A DNA stretch of 64,000 nucleotides from the NCBI GenBank assembly GCA_951406725.2, contig OX597835.1, positions 4,836,001-4,900,000 on the forward strand. The letters are read 5' to 3'. This document shows, piece by piece, positions 35,211 through 49,081 of the stretch; within the stretch, counting starts at the first letter, position 1, and the number at the start of each line of letters is the position of its first letter. This DNA comes from Octopus vulgaris (Eukaryota). Made by a program: the position numbers and the translations under genes. Below the pieces are notes generated by a model, which saw only the letters and a list, made by a program, of their open reading frames with translations, had not been told where the DNA came from and ran no database searches.

Positions 35211-36014
35211 CCCAAGTTCACCACAGAAACAAACGGTTAAAAAGCCCAAGAAAAATAAATGGTGTATGGTAACATATACAAAAAGTACAGCGCTAGAAAG
35301 GAAAATTACCAAATTCAAATCGGTAATTAGAGTTAAATTACCAGCAGAGCTTTACACAGAAAATGCAAAAGGCAAAGTATAAGGTTGTCCCAAAAGTTCG
35401 TAGAAAGTCTTGGAAAATAATGGTCTTTATTTTGAGGAATAATTTTTGTTGTTTTTGTTAGTACTTGGCGAGTAAAAATTCAATTTTCGCAAGTGTTTAC
35501 GAACTTTTGGGACAACCTAATAATAGACCAAGAGAGGTTTGGAAAATTAAAAGAATGGTTTGGAACCAACATAGACCCATTAGAAGTGGCGGTAGATTTC
35601 GACGACCTACAGCCTGTTGTAGATTATGTATATTTAAAGCCATACATGACCTTGTAAAGCGTGAGTAAGCTTTTAAATTTTGTTAAAATAGACTACACAT
35701 ACAATGCTAAAAGGAAATAAAAAGAGAAAAAATTATATAAAAACTTTTTATTGAAACAGTTAAATGTTACTGCTTGAGAGTGGGGTTCAAGTAAGCCATT
35801 ACATCCTCATTAATTATTATTCACCTCTCATTCATTCGTTTTATGTTTTTTGTCCCCACTGTGGTATTTTGTCTGTCCTTGTGCCATCCCCTTCTGTATC
35901 TTGACCTATGTGCCAAATAAAGAAATACAGTCAGCGAGGTATGCCGTATGAACGAGTCACGCAGATGACAAAGTTACATCATCATAATACAGGACATATC
36001 ACATATTAACTGTT

Positions 36015-36420
36015 GTAGGTATTGGCCAACTCATATCTCCATGTCTTGATCTCTACTCCACTGGTGCTAAGACTTTACACCCAGAGATTAGATGGTCCAC
36101 TGTTTCAATCACATTTGAGCAGAATCAGCACTTTGGGTCTACACCAGTTTTCTTCATATTGGCTTGGTAGTTCCAGATCAATAAGCTTTGATCTTCAGCA
36201 ACTAAGATGAAGCCTTCACTCTCTGCCTTTAGCCCTGAGCTCTGTAGCCACTGATGAGTGTGCTTCTGGTCAACATCAGCTTGTTTGCTATGGGCCACAT
36301 ATTTGCCATGCAGAGATTTCTGCTCCCACCTATCTGCCAATCGTTCATGTGTTTTCTCCCATGCCATTGATTTCACCTTCTTTGCAAAAATAGTTGCTGC
36401 AGTTCCCTCAGGTTGTTCAG
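36015..36420 (-). mobile_element. R4/Dong-type (RLE) LINE C-terminal fragment
   Basis: WEQKSLHGKY..QWLQSSGLKAESEGFI..DQSL..NYQ..DPKC*FCSNVIETVDHLISGCKVLA (CCHC). Confidence 0.8.
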
Positions 36421-36817
36421 CCTGAGGAGTTCAAATTCTACCAAAGTCGACTTTCGGGGTCGATAAATTAAGCCCCCTCCGATAAAATTTCAGACCTTGT
36501 AGAAAGGATTACTATTATTGTTATTATGGCTTAGTGGTTAGAGTGTGGCACTCATGATTTGCACAATCATGGTTTCACCTACCGGAGTGAGTGGTGCATT
36601 GTGTTCTTAAGCAAAGCACTTCCTTTCACATTACTCCACTGTCATTTTGACACCTGACACGTGATACACGGTGCACCTGTTTAGACAATATTCATTTGAT
36701 GGAAGGAGTGAGTTCGTGTACAGCACATGCATTTGGTCACTGTAAAACAAATCATTTGTGCAGGTCATTCATTGAAAAAGCTGAACACTTACACATCGTC
36801 TTCAACAGGAGAGTCCG

Positions 36818-36863
<46 letters not shown>

Positions 36864-37236
36864 CATTTGAGGTGTGGTAGTAGAAGTAGTAGAAGCAGTT
36901 AATGTATTCGCTTACACACGCCTTCAGATATTCAACTTATGTAGAGGATTATTTAAGGTGAGTGATTGTGCGCCTGCTGAAGCATAAGTTTTAAATTCCA
37001 GAGAACAATGACAAAGGAGAATGGAGGAAAAGAAAACAAGGCTACTCACGCCTTCATACCCTATACACCTCTCTCTTTCATATTTACACACACACACACA
37101 CACAAACACACATGCACATGCACACACACACATGCACACACACACACAAACACATAAGATGTTGTTTGCCAGAGGTGAGTGCTGAATGAGGCAAAGCTAT
37201 GATGAAATGTATTCAAGTCAGCCATGATTAATTAAT

Positions 37237-37417
37237 AGGAGTGGCTGTGTGATAAGTAGCTTGCTTACCGACCACATGATTCTGGGTTCAGTCCCACTGC
37301 GTGGCACCTTGGGCCGACCAAAGCCTTGTGTGTGGAACTGGTAGATGGAAACTGAAAGAAGCCCATCATATATATGTATATATACACACACACATATATA
37401 TATATATGTATATATAC

Positions 37418-37493
<76 letters not shown>

Positions 37494-37700
37494 ATGTTTG
37501 TGTATCTGTGTTTGTCCCCCCAACATCGCTTGACAACTGATGCTGGTGTGTTTATGTCCCCTGTAACATAGCGGTTTGGCAAAAGAGACCAATAGAATAA
37601 GTACTAGGCTTACAAAAAATAAGTCCTGGGGTCAATTTACTCGACTAGAGGTGGTGCTCCAGCATGGCCACAGTCAAATGACTGAAACAAGTAAAAGAGT
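37237..37700 (+). mobile_element. tRNA-derived SINE (AGGAGTGGCTGTGTGG family)
   Basis: Family match. Confidence 0.8.
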
Positions 37701-38920
37701 ATCTCTAAGAAAGTGGACAAACGGCCAAGTTGTTAGGGTGTTTTGTAGAATGGCTTGCAGTACTTGTTTTAGCTTTCAGTGCTCCGAGTTCAAATTCCAC
37801 AGAGGTTAACTTTTCTTTCCATTCTTTTGCGGGGTCAATAAAGTACAAATGTAGTGCTTAGGGAAATTATTAGAATGTCAGACATGACGGAGGTTGTTAA
37901 CGCCTTCTAGTAACTATTCCACCGCTCTGTGTTCTGATGGACAATACCTGCATCAATGTCAAGCTGTGTTAGCCCTTGCCTTTTTCCTGAACAACATTCA
38001 TTATCATCATCATCATCATCATCATTTAGCATCCGCTTTCCATGCTAGCATGGGTTGGACGGTTCAACTGGGGTCTGGGAAGCCAGAAGGCTGCACCAGG
38101 CCCAGTCTGATCTGGCAATGTTTCTACGGCTGGATGCCTTTCCTAACGCCAACCACTCCGTGAGTGTAGTGGGTGCTTTTTATGTGCCACTGGCACGGGG
38201 GCAAGGTGAGGCTGGCAACATTGTTGGCATAAAGACAGACCTACTTGTATGGACAACACCTTATCCCAGCCTGTATCTTGAAGAACTTCCCATATGAAGA
38301 TGCATAGTTTCAAAAGGCATACTGATGCTGAAACGACACTAAGCTACAATATGAGGAAGATTTGTCTACTCTTTCTAACAGCTCAAGCAACCATATAGAG
38401 GTATTGCTTGATGCTGGTGTTAATTTTGATGGTTGAGTGTTTGTGTTGTTTGATAAACACAACTACAAATGAGCTATTGTTTGACCTACAAGAAATTGCA
38501 ACCAAACCACTGTCAAGTTACATCTTAATGTCTGAAAATAAGGAAACTACTCATCCTATATTCCTGGTTTGATATAAAATGAAAAGAAAATGATCTGTTA
38601 AATGTAGGACTTCATTGATCTTATCGGATCAGGGGTTAATCTTAGGCTAATGAACCACCAGTAGACCTGTTAATAAAGGACAATTGGGGTGTTGAGTAAG
38701 TCTCAGAGTTTCTGGTGGGCAACAACAGATTGTATTGAAGCTACTGAACCAGGAAATAACCATGATCAAAGTCATCGTTACTCACCACTGTCACCCAAAC
38801 TTCAAGTTTCATCAAGATGTTTTATGATTCCATATTAAGTTTGCAAATCTCATTTTAGTAAATTTTTGCATGAAAATATATTTGTGGTGCAGATACATAG
38901 ACTGAGAGACATGGGTAAAT

Positions 38921-39171
38921 ATACATACATACATACATACATACATACAAACATACATACATACATACGTATGTACGTACATACATACATACATGCAAAC
39001 ATACATACATACATACATACATACATACATACATACATACATACATACATACATACGTACGTACATACATACATACATACATACATACATACATACATAC
39101 ATACATACATACATACATACATACATACACATACATACATACATACATACATACATACATACATACATACA

Positions 39172-39202
<31 letters not shown>

Positions 39203-39220
39203 TAGTATACATACATACGC
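38921..39220. repeat. (CATA)n microsatellite array
   Basis: Direct reading. Confidence 0.95.
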
Positions 39221-39857
39221 ATTCAATATGTATTGTGCAATAGTTGAATGTGGTATAATATAGTGTGGGGTAATAGTGTGTAGTTTGATGATGTTATGGT
39301 TTATACAAAAATTAAATTACTACTGTCAAGTACATAGCCATTTACAAATATAGCAATTCATGCTTCAAATTTGTAATCATTGACCCATGATACAGAAATA
39401 TAGATACCACTCATTGCATGAATAAATACATAAATATATACATGAATAAATGCATAGTCATACATACAAATATACATTCACACAAACATATGTGTATATA
39501 TACGCACATATATGTACACATGATTCAGACATAGACAGACACACATACACGAACTCATACATGCTTCATACGCACTTATATACATATATACACACCTACA
39601 TTAGACGGAACTCCAGTGGTTATGATGACGAGTGTTTCAATTGATCAAATCAAAAAGCAGCCTGCTCGTTAAATTAATGTGCAAATGGCTAAGCAGACCA
39701 CACACACACACACATACACACACTCTTAACAAAGTTTACAGGGAGATTGAGTGCTACAAAGAATGTGATAAGAATGGCCTCTTTGAATTACGGGTACAAC
39801 TGATTTTTGCCGGCTGAGTAGGCAATGTGTCTTTCCGCCTGTCTGTTTATCTATCTG

Positions 39858-39890
<33 letters not shown>

Positions 39891-40447
39891 GTGAGCATAT
39901 CTAGATATGCAACTATATGCATGAGAATACATACCTAAAGCAAAACATACATATCTGCACATATACATACATACATATAAACAAAAATACCTGTTGTTGA
40001 TGTTGAAATTCCAATGAAGGGACCTTGAATCTAGGTTAGAAACCGGTTCTTTCCCTATTGGTAAGAAATCTTGAAATAAAACTGGACAATAACATGCATA
40101 CATACATACACACACACACATACACACACACACTTTACGCAATAAGCAAGGGGTAGCATTTTACTTGGGTAAACTCTGTGAACTTTGACTTTTCAGTGAT
40201 TCTAAAAAATCCTCTGCTCTTTGCAAAAATATAAAAAAATGTTTTACACAAGTTTTCTTAATGTAGGGGAGAACTGACTCTCACTTTTGTACCCCTGAGC
40301 GAAAACTGGACCAAAATTTTTGTCCTTAATTAGCTTTTAATCTTTGTTCTGTAGAAGAATAAACACTTACTGTGTAATTGTTTCTGATATAGGCCAGAAA
40401 AAAAAAAGAAACCATATATATTTAGCAGGAAGGGGAAAGTTGATTAA

Positions 40448-40664
40448 CCCTTTATTTAAACTGGCCATATCCGGCCAGAAGTATTCTGCCTGTTTTATGG
40501 TCAAACTGGCCAGATCTGGTCTCTCACACCAACCCTACAATATCGTTTTAAAAATTAACAGCTACCTCATCAAAATCTCATAGGTACAAGATAATGCATA
40601 ATAGTTCAAAGCAATGTGGATAAAAAAAGATTAATTTTGGCAGAATAATGCTAACACTAAAGGG
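40448..40664. mobile_element. piggyBac-like MITE
   Basis: TTAA/CCCTTTA ... TAAAGGG/TTAA; related copy in the opposite orientation at 54039-54258. Confidence 0.7.
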
Positions 40665-43006
40665 TTAAATCAGTTTTAGTACTTGATTCATTCTTTATTT
40701 TATTGAGCCTGACAGGATTGGCGTCAGTTGGATTTGAACTCAAAACAAATGCTCTCTTACAATACTGATTCCCACACACCTTAGTATCTGTATTGCAATA
40801 ATATTTTACATAGGCCTAAGGTCACAAATCCAGGTTAAGGGTTAGTACCTGATTTTATAAATCACAGCGGGGAAGAAACAAAAATTTGACTCAGCAAATT
40901 TTTGACAGAAAACAAATACCACAAGACATTTTATTTGATAGTTAATGATTCATTACCCTTAGCGTCATCGTCATCATCATCTTTTAATGTCTATTGTCCA
41001 TGCTGGCATGGCATGGATGGTGTGACCTGAGCTGGCAAACTGGTGGGGCTGTATCAGACTCCAGCCTGATTTGGCATGGTTTCTATGGCTGGATGCCCTT
41101 CCTAATGCCAACCCTTTTACAGAATGTGCTGGGCACTTTTATGTGGCACTGCGTGGGTGGTTTTATGTGACACCACACAAATGCTTCTATGTGATGCTGT
41201 ATGGGCACTTTCCCATGTTCCACATGGGCATTTTTATATGTTGTCACACGGGCGCTTTTGCATGTTGCAGCACAGGTTCATTTATGTGTTGTCACACGGG
41301 CGCTTTTACATAGCACCACTCTGGAACTTTTACATAGCACTGCCATGGGTGCTTTACAGAGCCAGAAGGGTCAGTCTTAACATTTCTGCTCTGGAATACA
41401 GGTCTTTTTGTGTACAGCCAGGTGCCAGGTATCTTGGTCTTTTGTCATATCTGTAATATAATTGGTCATATCAATATCTATAAAGCTGAGATGTGAAAAA
41501 GTTGTATGATTTCTTGGTTATTTGTCTCATTTTGGGATGGAAACGGTTTAAGGGGCAGTAGATGGGGTCGGATTGGTGCCAAAATTTACACTGGGGGGGA
41601 GGGTAAAATGGGGTGGCAATGGTGTGTGGAGAGTTGCAAGTCATTCGGGGCTACCATTTGGTTGCCATGGTGAGGAATATGGGATAAATTGAGTTTTATG
41701 GGATAGACAGGTTGCGCTGTTTCAATAATTTTGGTTTTTCATGTTGCTGCAGGGGCTAGAGGCAGTTATCTTTAATTGTGGGTGTAAAAATTTGGGGGAT
41801 TTTGATAAGCAGGGTAAAGAAGAGGGCAATAAAAAGAACCAGGCAAAGAAGACGAACAAAAAAAAGAAAGGGAAAAGGAGACAACATGCACAAAATAACA
41901 CCACCACCAAAATCTGAGCAAAGCACGGGTCAAAATTGCTAGTCTGTAACATAAAAGGCATAAACTTGAGGGAAAGGGTTAATTGATTATATTTGCGCAA
42001 TGCTTGACAGGTACTTATTTTATTAACCATGGATGAATAAAAGGTAATGTTGACAATGACTGTATTTGAAGTCAGAATGTAAAGAGCTGGAATAAATATC
42101 TAAAGATGTTTTGCCTGATGTTCTAACAGTCCTACCAATGGGGTAGTTCATATTACTTCATAAGGAGTATAGGGCTGGTTTCCTGGTTTCTCTGGCATAG
42201 ATATTTCCTCCCTTCATAAGATGCTGGTCCATCACAAAATTACTCATTTTTAGACCAGAACAACATGCATTACTCAAGAACACAATGCATTGTCTAGTCC
42301 TGGAATCAGAACCAGAATCTTATAATTGTAAGTCTAACACCCTAACCACCAAGCTCTGTGTCTCCTGCCAATGTTTCACCCTTAATATCTATAGCAATAA
42401 GATTATAAACCCTCATTCACAAACCTCAGTCTTGTGTCTTCTCAAGAGAAGATATTACAACTGAAACATAAGAGATCTCCAGCCTGTGTGAAAACCAAGG
42501 TGTTACATTTAATATCTAAAAGTACCTTTTGAGTGTTGGGCCTCACAGAGGCAATGACAAATGATTGAGACCTTCAGCAATATGCCGTGTGCTTGAGTAG
42601 AAGACCCATCAAGCCAAGTGAATTCATAGTCATGGCAAATGCTGGTGTCATGCGACTGGCACCCATGCTTGTGGTACGTAAAAGCACTCATTACACTCTC
42701 AGAGTGGTTGGCATTAGGAAGGGCATCCAGACATAGAAACCATGCCAAATCAGACTGGAATCTGGCACAGCCCCTCAGCTTGCCAGCCCTGGTCAAACCA
42801 TCCAACCCGTGCCAGCACGAACAACGGACATTAAATGATGATGGTGATTCAGGTGGTAAGTTTTCAAAGCTATTGGAAAATTGAATAAGTCATTTTGTAG
42901 CATTCATTATAGCTCTAGGTGTTCTGAGTTCAAATCCTACCAAGGTGAATCTTACTTGTTGCTGATGCAGGGGCAATAAATAAAGTACTTGTTCTGGGAG
43001 TGATTC

Positions 43007-43040
<34 letters not shown>

Positions 43041-43920
43041 GTTACTTTATTTCTTAATCTGTAACATTGTTACACAAGGTTGGTCATAACTCTTTATATT
43101 GCCCCAGAATATTTCTGTAGGTTGACAATATTGAAAAAATAAAATAAAATAAAATAAAATAAAATAAAATAAAATAGAATAAAGACAATCCTGATTTCAG
43201 TGGAATGTTGGGGCAAAATGTAAAAAGAACATGAATGAATACCACAAGGTATTTTAGTCCATCATTGTATTCTTGGTAGGATTTGAACAACATTCTTAAA
43301 GTAAATAATTGAACAAACAGCACATTTGTATTCAAAAGAAAACAACAACAACAACAACAAGCAAACAAACAGTGAGGATCATTTGCAATGTCAGTAGAAA
43401 ACTTACTCGTTGTGAAGGTGTAAAAGCAATAAAATTAGAAATGTAGGACAGTTTGTATGATTTATTTCTAACTGAAAAAAAAAAAAAATGTAACCATTTG
43501 ACAAAAACAGAATTCTTATAAAAGCCAGTGACAAAAGAATTGTTACAATGCAAGCAATGATAGCATAAAATTGTTGTAGAAGTACAGGAAGGTTTACCTG
43601 TCAAACTGTGCCATTTTAAATAATTCTACTGATAAAAAAATAGTCACTATTAAATAGAAACATTTTTTGCATTTTTACATTTTTTTTTTAAATGTTCAAA
43701 AAAGAATACTTTGGTTATTAAAATTTCACCTGTGTACTTATAATTGTAAGTTTTGTAGGGATACCACCTGAAGACTTTATGTTTCTTGAGAAAGTTGTTA
43801 AACTTTTTCTTCTCAAGTTGCACATATCTAATTTTCTACAAATGATATTTTATTTTTCGTTTTTGGATTTGGTTTTCAGGATTCTTTACATGAGTTCGTG
43901 TGTTGAAGCATATTCTGTTG

Positions 43921-44137
43921 TGTCTGGGGAGAGTCATTTTCTTTTTGTGCCTTATTATTTAACACGCTCACCAGTAAAATTTCCACTTCTTTCTTATTTT
44001 TTATTGTCAAAACTATTGAAAAGGTTGCAAGACGCATCAAAAATTTTAGGACAATAAAAAATAGGAAAAAAGTGGAAATTTTACCAGTGAGCGTGTTAAA
44101 TAATAAGGCACAAAAAGAAAATGACTCTCCCCAGACA
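43921..44137. repeat. Fold-back Penelope pLTR-like element with a decayed hammerhead-like spacer
   Basis: Arms 43921-44008 / 44050-44137; spacer CTATTGAAAAGGTTGCAAGACGCATCAAAAATTTTAG. Confidence 0.75.
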
Positions 44138-44353
44138 AACAGGATATTTTATTTGGTCCACCGATTTCTTAACTGTTTCTATGATATTTCAAGTTTTTAT
44201 TTAGTGATATTAATGAGATTTTAACAGAGTTTCAGTGCCTCTCTAATTGCTTTCAATGATTTGTTAATGTGTTCCAGTAATATTTTGATTTGTTTCATGT
44301 TTTGTATTTTAATGAGTTGAATGTGATTTTGATGGCGTCTGTGTGTTTTCTAG

Positions 44354-44489
44354 GTAAAACTTGATGCACAAAATGGTTCAGCAGAAATCAATTTTGGGAA
44401 TATTCTTGCCAGACGAATTAGAATCATAGTTGTTGATTTTGAAACAAGACCATGCTTTCGTTTTAAGTTAACAGCTTCAGAAACAAAAG
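44354..44489 (+). CDS. VWDE-like gene exon: C-terminal part of F5/8 type C domain
   Basis: ttttctag/ VKLDAQNGSAEINFGNILARRIRIIVVDFETRPCFRFKLTASETK /gtaagg; phase 0 to 1; ARxIRI..CxR motif. Confidence 0.9.
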
Positions 44490-44663
44490 GTAAGGCAAAC
44501 ACAGGTTCTGCAGAATTTAGATTTCAAATTAATGCTATCTATCACTAGAATCTATCAAATGCTCAAATGTGAAGGTTGTCAGAAATGTCAGAAGATATTG
44601 TTTGAATTTAAATACTTGGGGATAACAGCTTCTTTATTTGAAAAGTATCCCAAAAGTTATACT

Positions 44664-45078
44664 AGGCGCAGGAGTGGCTGCGTGGTAAGTAGCTTGCTTA
44701 CCAACCACATGGTTCCGAGTTCATTCCCACTGTGTGGCACCTTGAGCAAGTGTCTTATACCATAGCCTCAGGCTGACCAAAGCCTTGTGAGTGGATTTGG
44801 TAATCAGAAACTGAAAGAATCCCGTCATATATATGTGTATATATATATATATATATATGCATGTATGTGTGTGTTTATGTGTTTGCGTTTGTCCCCCCAA
44901 CATTGCTTGACAACCGATGCTGGTGTGTTTATGTCACCGTAACTTAGCGGTTTGGCAAAAGAGACCAATAAAATAAGTATTAGGCTTACAAAGAATATGT
45001 CCTGGGGTTGATTTGCTCGACTAAAGGTGGTGCTACAGCATGGCTACAGTCAAATGACTGAAACAAATAAAAGAGTAA
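44664..45078 (+). mobile_element. tRNA-derived SINE (AGGAGTGGCTGTGTGG family)
   Basis: Family match. Confidence 0.8.
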
Positions 45079-46434
45079 AACAGCTGTTAGTAACATTAGG
45101 TTAAATACAGGTAGACTTCCTCTTCAATCATTCATGGAACTGGTTACATATGTACCTGGGTAGCATAAAGACCCCCTTTTGGTCATGAATGACCATGGCA
45201 TTGCACCTAGAAACTTCCCCTCGAAAGCACGAGTCCAGGCAAGGTGGCTTATGGAAAACCAGTAGTCAACCATGCATACCGGTTTCCCTTTTCCACACCA
45301 CTGATGTTATCTGAGGCAAAGGCCAATACAGCTTGGCACCAATGATGCTGCAACTCATTTCTACAGATGAGTGAACTGGAGCAACGTGAAATAAAGTTTC
45401 TTGCTCAAGAACACAACACACAGCCCAATCCGGCAATCGAACTCACTACCTCATGATTGTGAGCTCAACACTTGTGACCAGTTCAACTGACATCTTCTCT
45501 TTCAAAAATTGCCTTTATTGTTTTCTTTAGAAGAGAACAGAGGCTGTGAACTTTTACTTCTTCAGGGCCTTCAAGATTGATGAGCAAAAGAAAAGAACTG
45601 GCTCACAATACTGAATACTTACAATAGATTGTATACCCCGATAAAGACAAGCAAGGGCCAAGTGGGGATGTTAAACTTGGTTAAGTCAATCGCTTAAAAA
45701 CACAGGCTTCAAAGAGCTGGGTCAAGTACTACCAGGAATTTGGTCCGACACCCTACTAATTTTGTTAATCTTCTGCTCCCAACAGCTACTTCTACCAACT
45801 TTGAAAGAATGACAAAGTTAACTTCAGTGGCATTTGAGTTTTAGTGGTGAGAGAGTTGGCACAGACACTAAAAACTATTTTCTCCTACATTCTAACTACA
45901 CTGATGATTTACTCTTTTGTGACAAAGTAAGAAATCAAAGATTGCTTAAAATAAGAGGTACAAGTTTATAGAAACAGGTTAAAAAAAAACAAGAAATACC
46001 TCACAGTATTTGATTTCATCCCTCTGTGTTCTGATTTAAAATCCTAGAAGATTTGAAATTGCCTTCTACCTGTTTAATAAGGGAGACAGTGGAAGATGGT
46101 AAAGTGAATTTGAAACCCATTAAGAAATAAGGGATATGTACCATCTTAATAGTTCTTATTTAGTGTATATCTAGGGAAAGCAGCTATGAGGAGCTCTCTA
46201 AGCTAATAGAACTGGATGAGCTCCAGATCATGTAACGAAATCATCCAATTTTCTTGAAATAGCAATTAAATTACCCTTAAATTGTCTCCTGTGAAGGGCA
46301 TGATGAATAATGTGACATTGAGTTCACTGCATTTTGGAGAAAGACAAAATGGTCATATAGCTGGAGAGATTATGATGAAAATTCTGCTCAATTAAGTATG
46401 TAGATAAACCATAAAAACAAATAAAAAGAGATTA

Positions 46435-46652
46435 CAAGGGCGTGTTGAAAAGTTCCTGATTTTAAGGGTATCACAAGAGGCCTTGCTGGAGGCCCAAGCT
46501 TCCGAGTTCCTTTACAGGGCTTAGAAAAACTGAAGGACTGCAGTAAGTGTGTGAATCAGAGAGGAGAATATGTTGAGTAAAATCATAATTAACTGATCCT
46601 CCTGTATTTTCTTTTACCCAAGGCCAAGAACTTTTCAGTACCCCCCCCCTTG
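46435..46652. mobile_element. mariner-type MITE
   Basis: TA/CAAGGGCGTGTTGAAAAGTTC ... GAACTTTTCAGTACCCCCCCCCTTG/TA; related copy at about 59285-59493. Confidence 0.7.
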
Positions 46653-46819
46653 TATATTTATGATCTCTTTTCAGTTCTATTGGCATCAACCAGCAGTATT
46701 TCTTTAGATCATTTATCCCAAATGGTTCTACAGGCAAATACTGCCACTTAATGAAAGATTAATTATACAGGTTTTTACCAATGAGCTTTTCCAACTGGAT
46801 ACTGGTTGGCTAGAGATAT

Positions 46820-47050
46820 ATTTCTTTACTACCCACAAGGGGCTAAACACAGAGGGAACAAACAAGGACAGACAAACGGATTCAGTCGATTACATCGACC
46901 CCAGTGCGTAACTGGTACTTAATTTATTGACCCCGAAAGGATGAAAGGCAAAGTCAACCTCGGCGGAATTTGAACTGAGAACGTAACGGCAGACGAAATA
47001 CGGCAACGCATTTCGCCCGGCGTGCTTACGTTTCTGCCGGCTCGCCGCCT
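46820..47050 (-). mobile_element. tRNA-derived SINE (GAGCTGGCAG family)
   Basis: Family match; flanking GTTGGCTAGAGATAT is duplicated. Confidence 0.85.
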
Positions 47051-48039
47051 TTTTAGAGATATGTTGGCTAGAGATATGTTTTCTATTATCCTCAGTACTT
47101 ACAGCTAAGTGGGCTAACCTAATGTAAGTTTAAATGATGGTGGAGTGATTGTTGGTTTCAGCAATGAGCATTCAGTTTTCTGATCAACTGAATTTCTTCT
47201 CCTGAAAAGAATGTGCTTGTGGCTGAGTATTTCATGGACACAATTAACTTTGACACAATTCTTGGGCCAAATTAGTGTGGCTCTTTGAAATATATGTTCA
47301 AGATAGAGAGTTAGAAGAATCAATCTCTGTACCAGACTAATATTATTTATTATTCTTGAAAGGATGACAGCTAAAAGTGATTTCAGTGAGGTTTGAACTA
47401 AAAAATACAGAGAGCCAGAATCAATACGTGAAAATCGTTTATCTGATGTTCTAATAACTATGGCAAGTCACTGTGTACCTGTCTACAAGTGTTTACATAT
47501 ACTTGTAGATGATGTATACAATTTGGCACCTATGACAGGTCATAAAAAATCCCCCGCAAATCTTTATCATGTTACTCTGCACTCAGTGACCATGCTAGTT
47601 AGAATGTTATCACACTAAGGGTAACCAATGTTGAAATCAACACTAATTTTGTACAAGTCAACAACATAAGAGCCAACAATCGAGATTTTACATGATAACT
47701 CAACCTGCTAAAAATAGCAGCCTAATACTTTTCAAATCACAATCTAACAATGTAAACTGGGAAGGTGTGCATTGGGTGTGCACTGCCAGGAAATGAAAAT
47801 GTGGCTTGATTACAGATTGGATGTCTTTGATTTGACTTCTCAGTCAGGATTGATGGGACTAAAAGCAATAGCATCAACAACAGATTGACATGATGTTGTA
47901 TTAACAATGGAAATCAAAGAACTGGACTTAACAAATTTTGAGTTGGGAAGGTTGTGGAGATATTAACGACTGCCTTCTTATATTGCTTCCCCCTACTCAT
48001 TAGTCCCCTACCTACTTTACTCATGGTTGATGCCAGTAC

Positions 48040-48270
48040 CTATTTTATTACTACCCACAAGGGGCTAAACACAGAGGGGACAAACAAAGACAGACAAACA
48101 GATTAAGTCGATTATATTGACCCCAGTGCGTATCTGGTGCTTTATTTATCGACCTCGAAAGGATGAAAGGTAAAGTCGACCTCGGCGGAATTTGAACTCA
48201 TAACGTAACGACAGACGAAATACGGCTACGCATTTCGCCCGGCGTGCTAACGTTTCTGCCAGCTCGCCAC
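48040..48270 (-). mobile_element. tRNA-derived SINE (GAGCTGGCAG family)
   Basis: Family match. Confidence 0.8.
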
Positions 48271-48526
48271 CTGACTGGCCCCCATGCCAGTGGCATGTAA
48301 AAAGCACCCACTACACTCTTGGAGGGTTGGCATTAAGAAGGGCATCCAGATCAGATTGGAGCCTGATACATCCTCCTCACTTGACAGTCCTCAGTCAAAC
48401 TGTCCAACCCATGCCAGCATGGAAAGCGGACGTTAAACAATGATGATGTTATTGTCAGTATTATTAGTGATGTTATTTCGTGGCTATAATTTTCTATCTT
48501 ATTCTTTTTTCTATTATTCTTTTTAG

Positions 48527-48750
48527 ATCTCATTCCTGTAAAGAACATTCCGTCCCCTGTAATAGAACTGGAATACGTATCTGAAAAGAATATGAAACTA
48601 CACTGCAAACCAAATGTTGCTGAAGTCCCTGGAATTCTCTACAGCTTCAGAGCATTCTGGAAAAATGAACCTTTATCACAACCAGTGTTTGTACAAAATC
48701 CAAAACCGGTTATAAAAGAAGTTAGCGAAGAAAATATCTTTTCAAATTAT
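48527..48750 (+). CDS. VWDE-like gene exon (Ig-like segment)
   Basis: Long pyrimidine tract ttttag/ (D)LIPVKNIPSPVIELEYVSEKNMKLHCKPNVAEVPGILYSFRAFWKNEPLSQPVFVQNPKPVIKEVSEENIFSNY /gtatga; phase 1 to 0. Confidence 0.85.
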
Positions 48751-49045
48751 GTATGACAATTTCTTAAACATTCAGAATTTCTTAATATATTGTCTCTTAC
48801 GTTTTTCACTATTTCTATGCACTGTATTGTAGGTGAAGGAAAACTGAAAAGGTAAAGGTAAAACATATAAATTTTGCTGCAATCTGTTCACCAAAAGAAG
48901 AGGGGTCAATGATCAGGATGTTTGTATCTCATCCTGAAGTGATGACTACAATGCATTTGATGTTCACCTTGAACATCTGTAGGTGCCATGATAGATCGGT
49001 AGCCACTACACGCATTTTTTTCTCTCCTTGTTTTTTTCTGTCTCC

Positions 49046-49081
49046 CTTTCTGTAGAAGAGCGTAGGCTCGAAACATTCAAG
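49046..49081 (+). ncRNA. Decayed minimal hammerhead-like motif in a Penelope pLTR-like repeat
   Basis: CUUU-CUGUAGA-A-GAGC(GUAG)GCUC-GAAA-CAUU-CAAG. Confidence 0.4.

Noticed and set aside
36928-36957. 30-nt micro-exon candidate (ttcag/..AAG/gtgagt; IFNLCRGLFK in phase 0)
   Set aside because: Good splice sites but no protein-level support; the discoidin domain reads well without it
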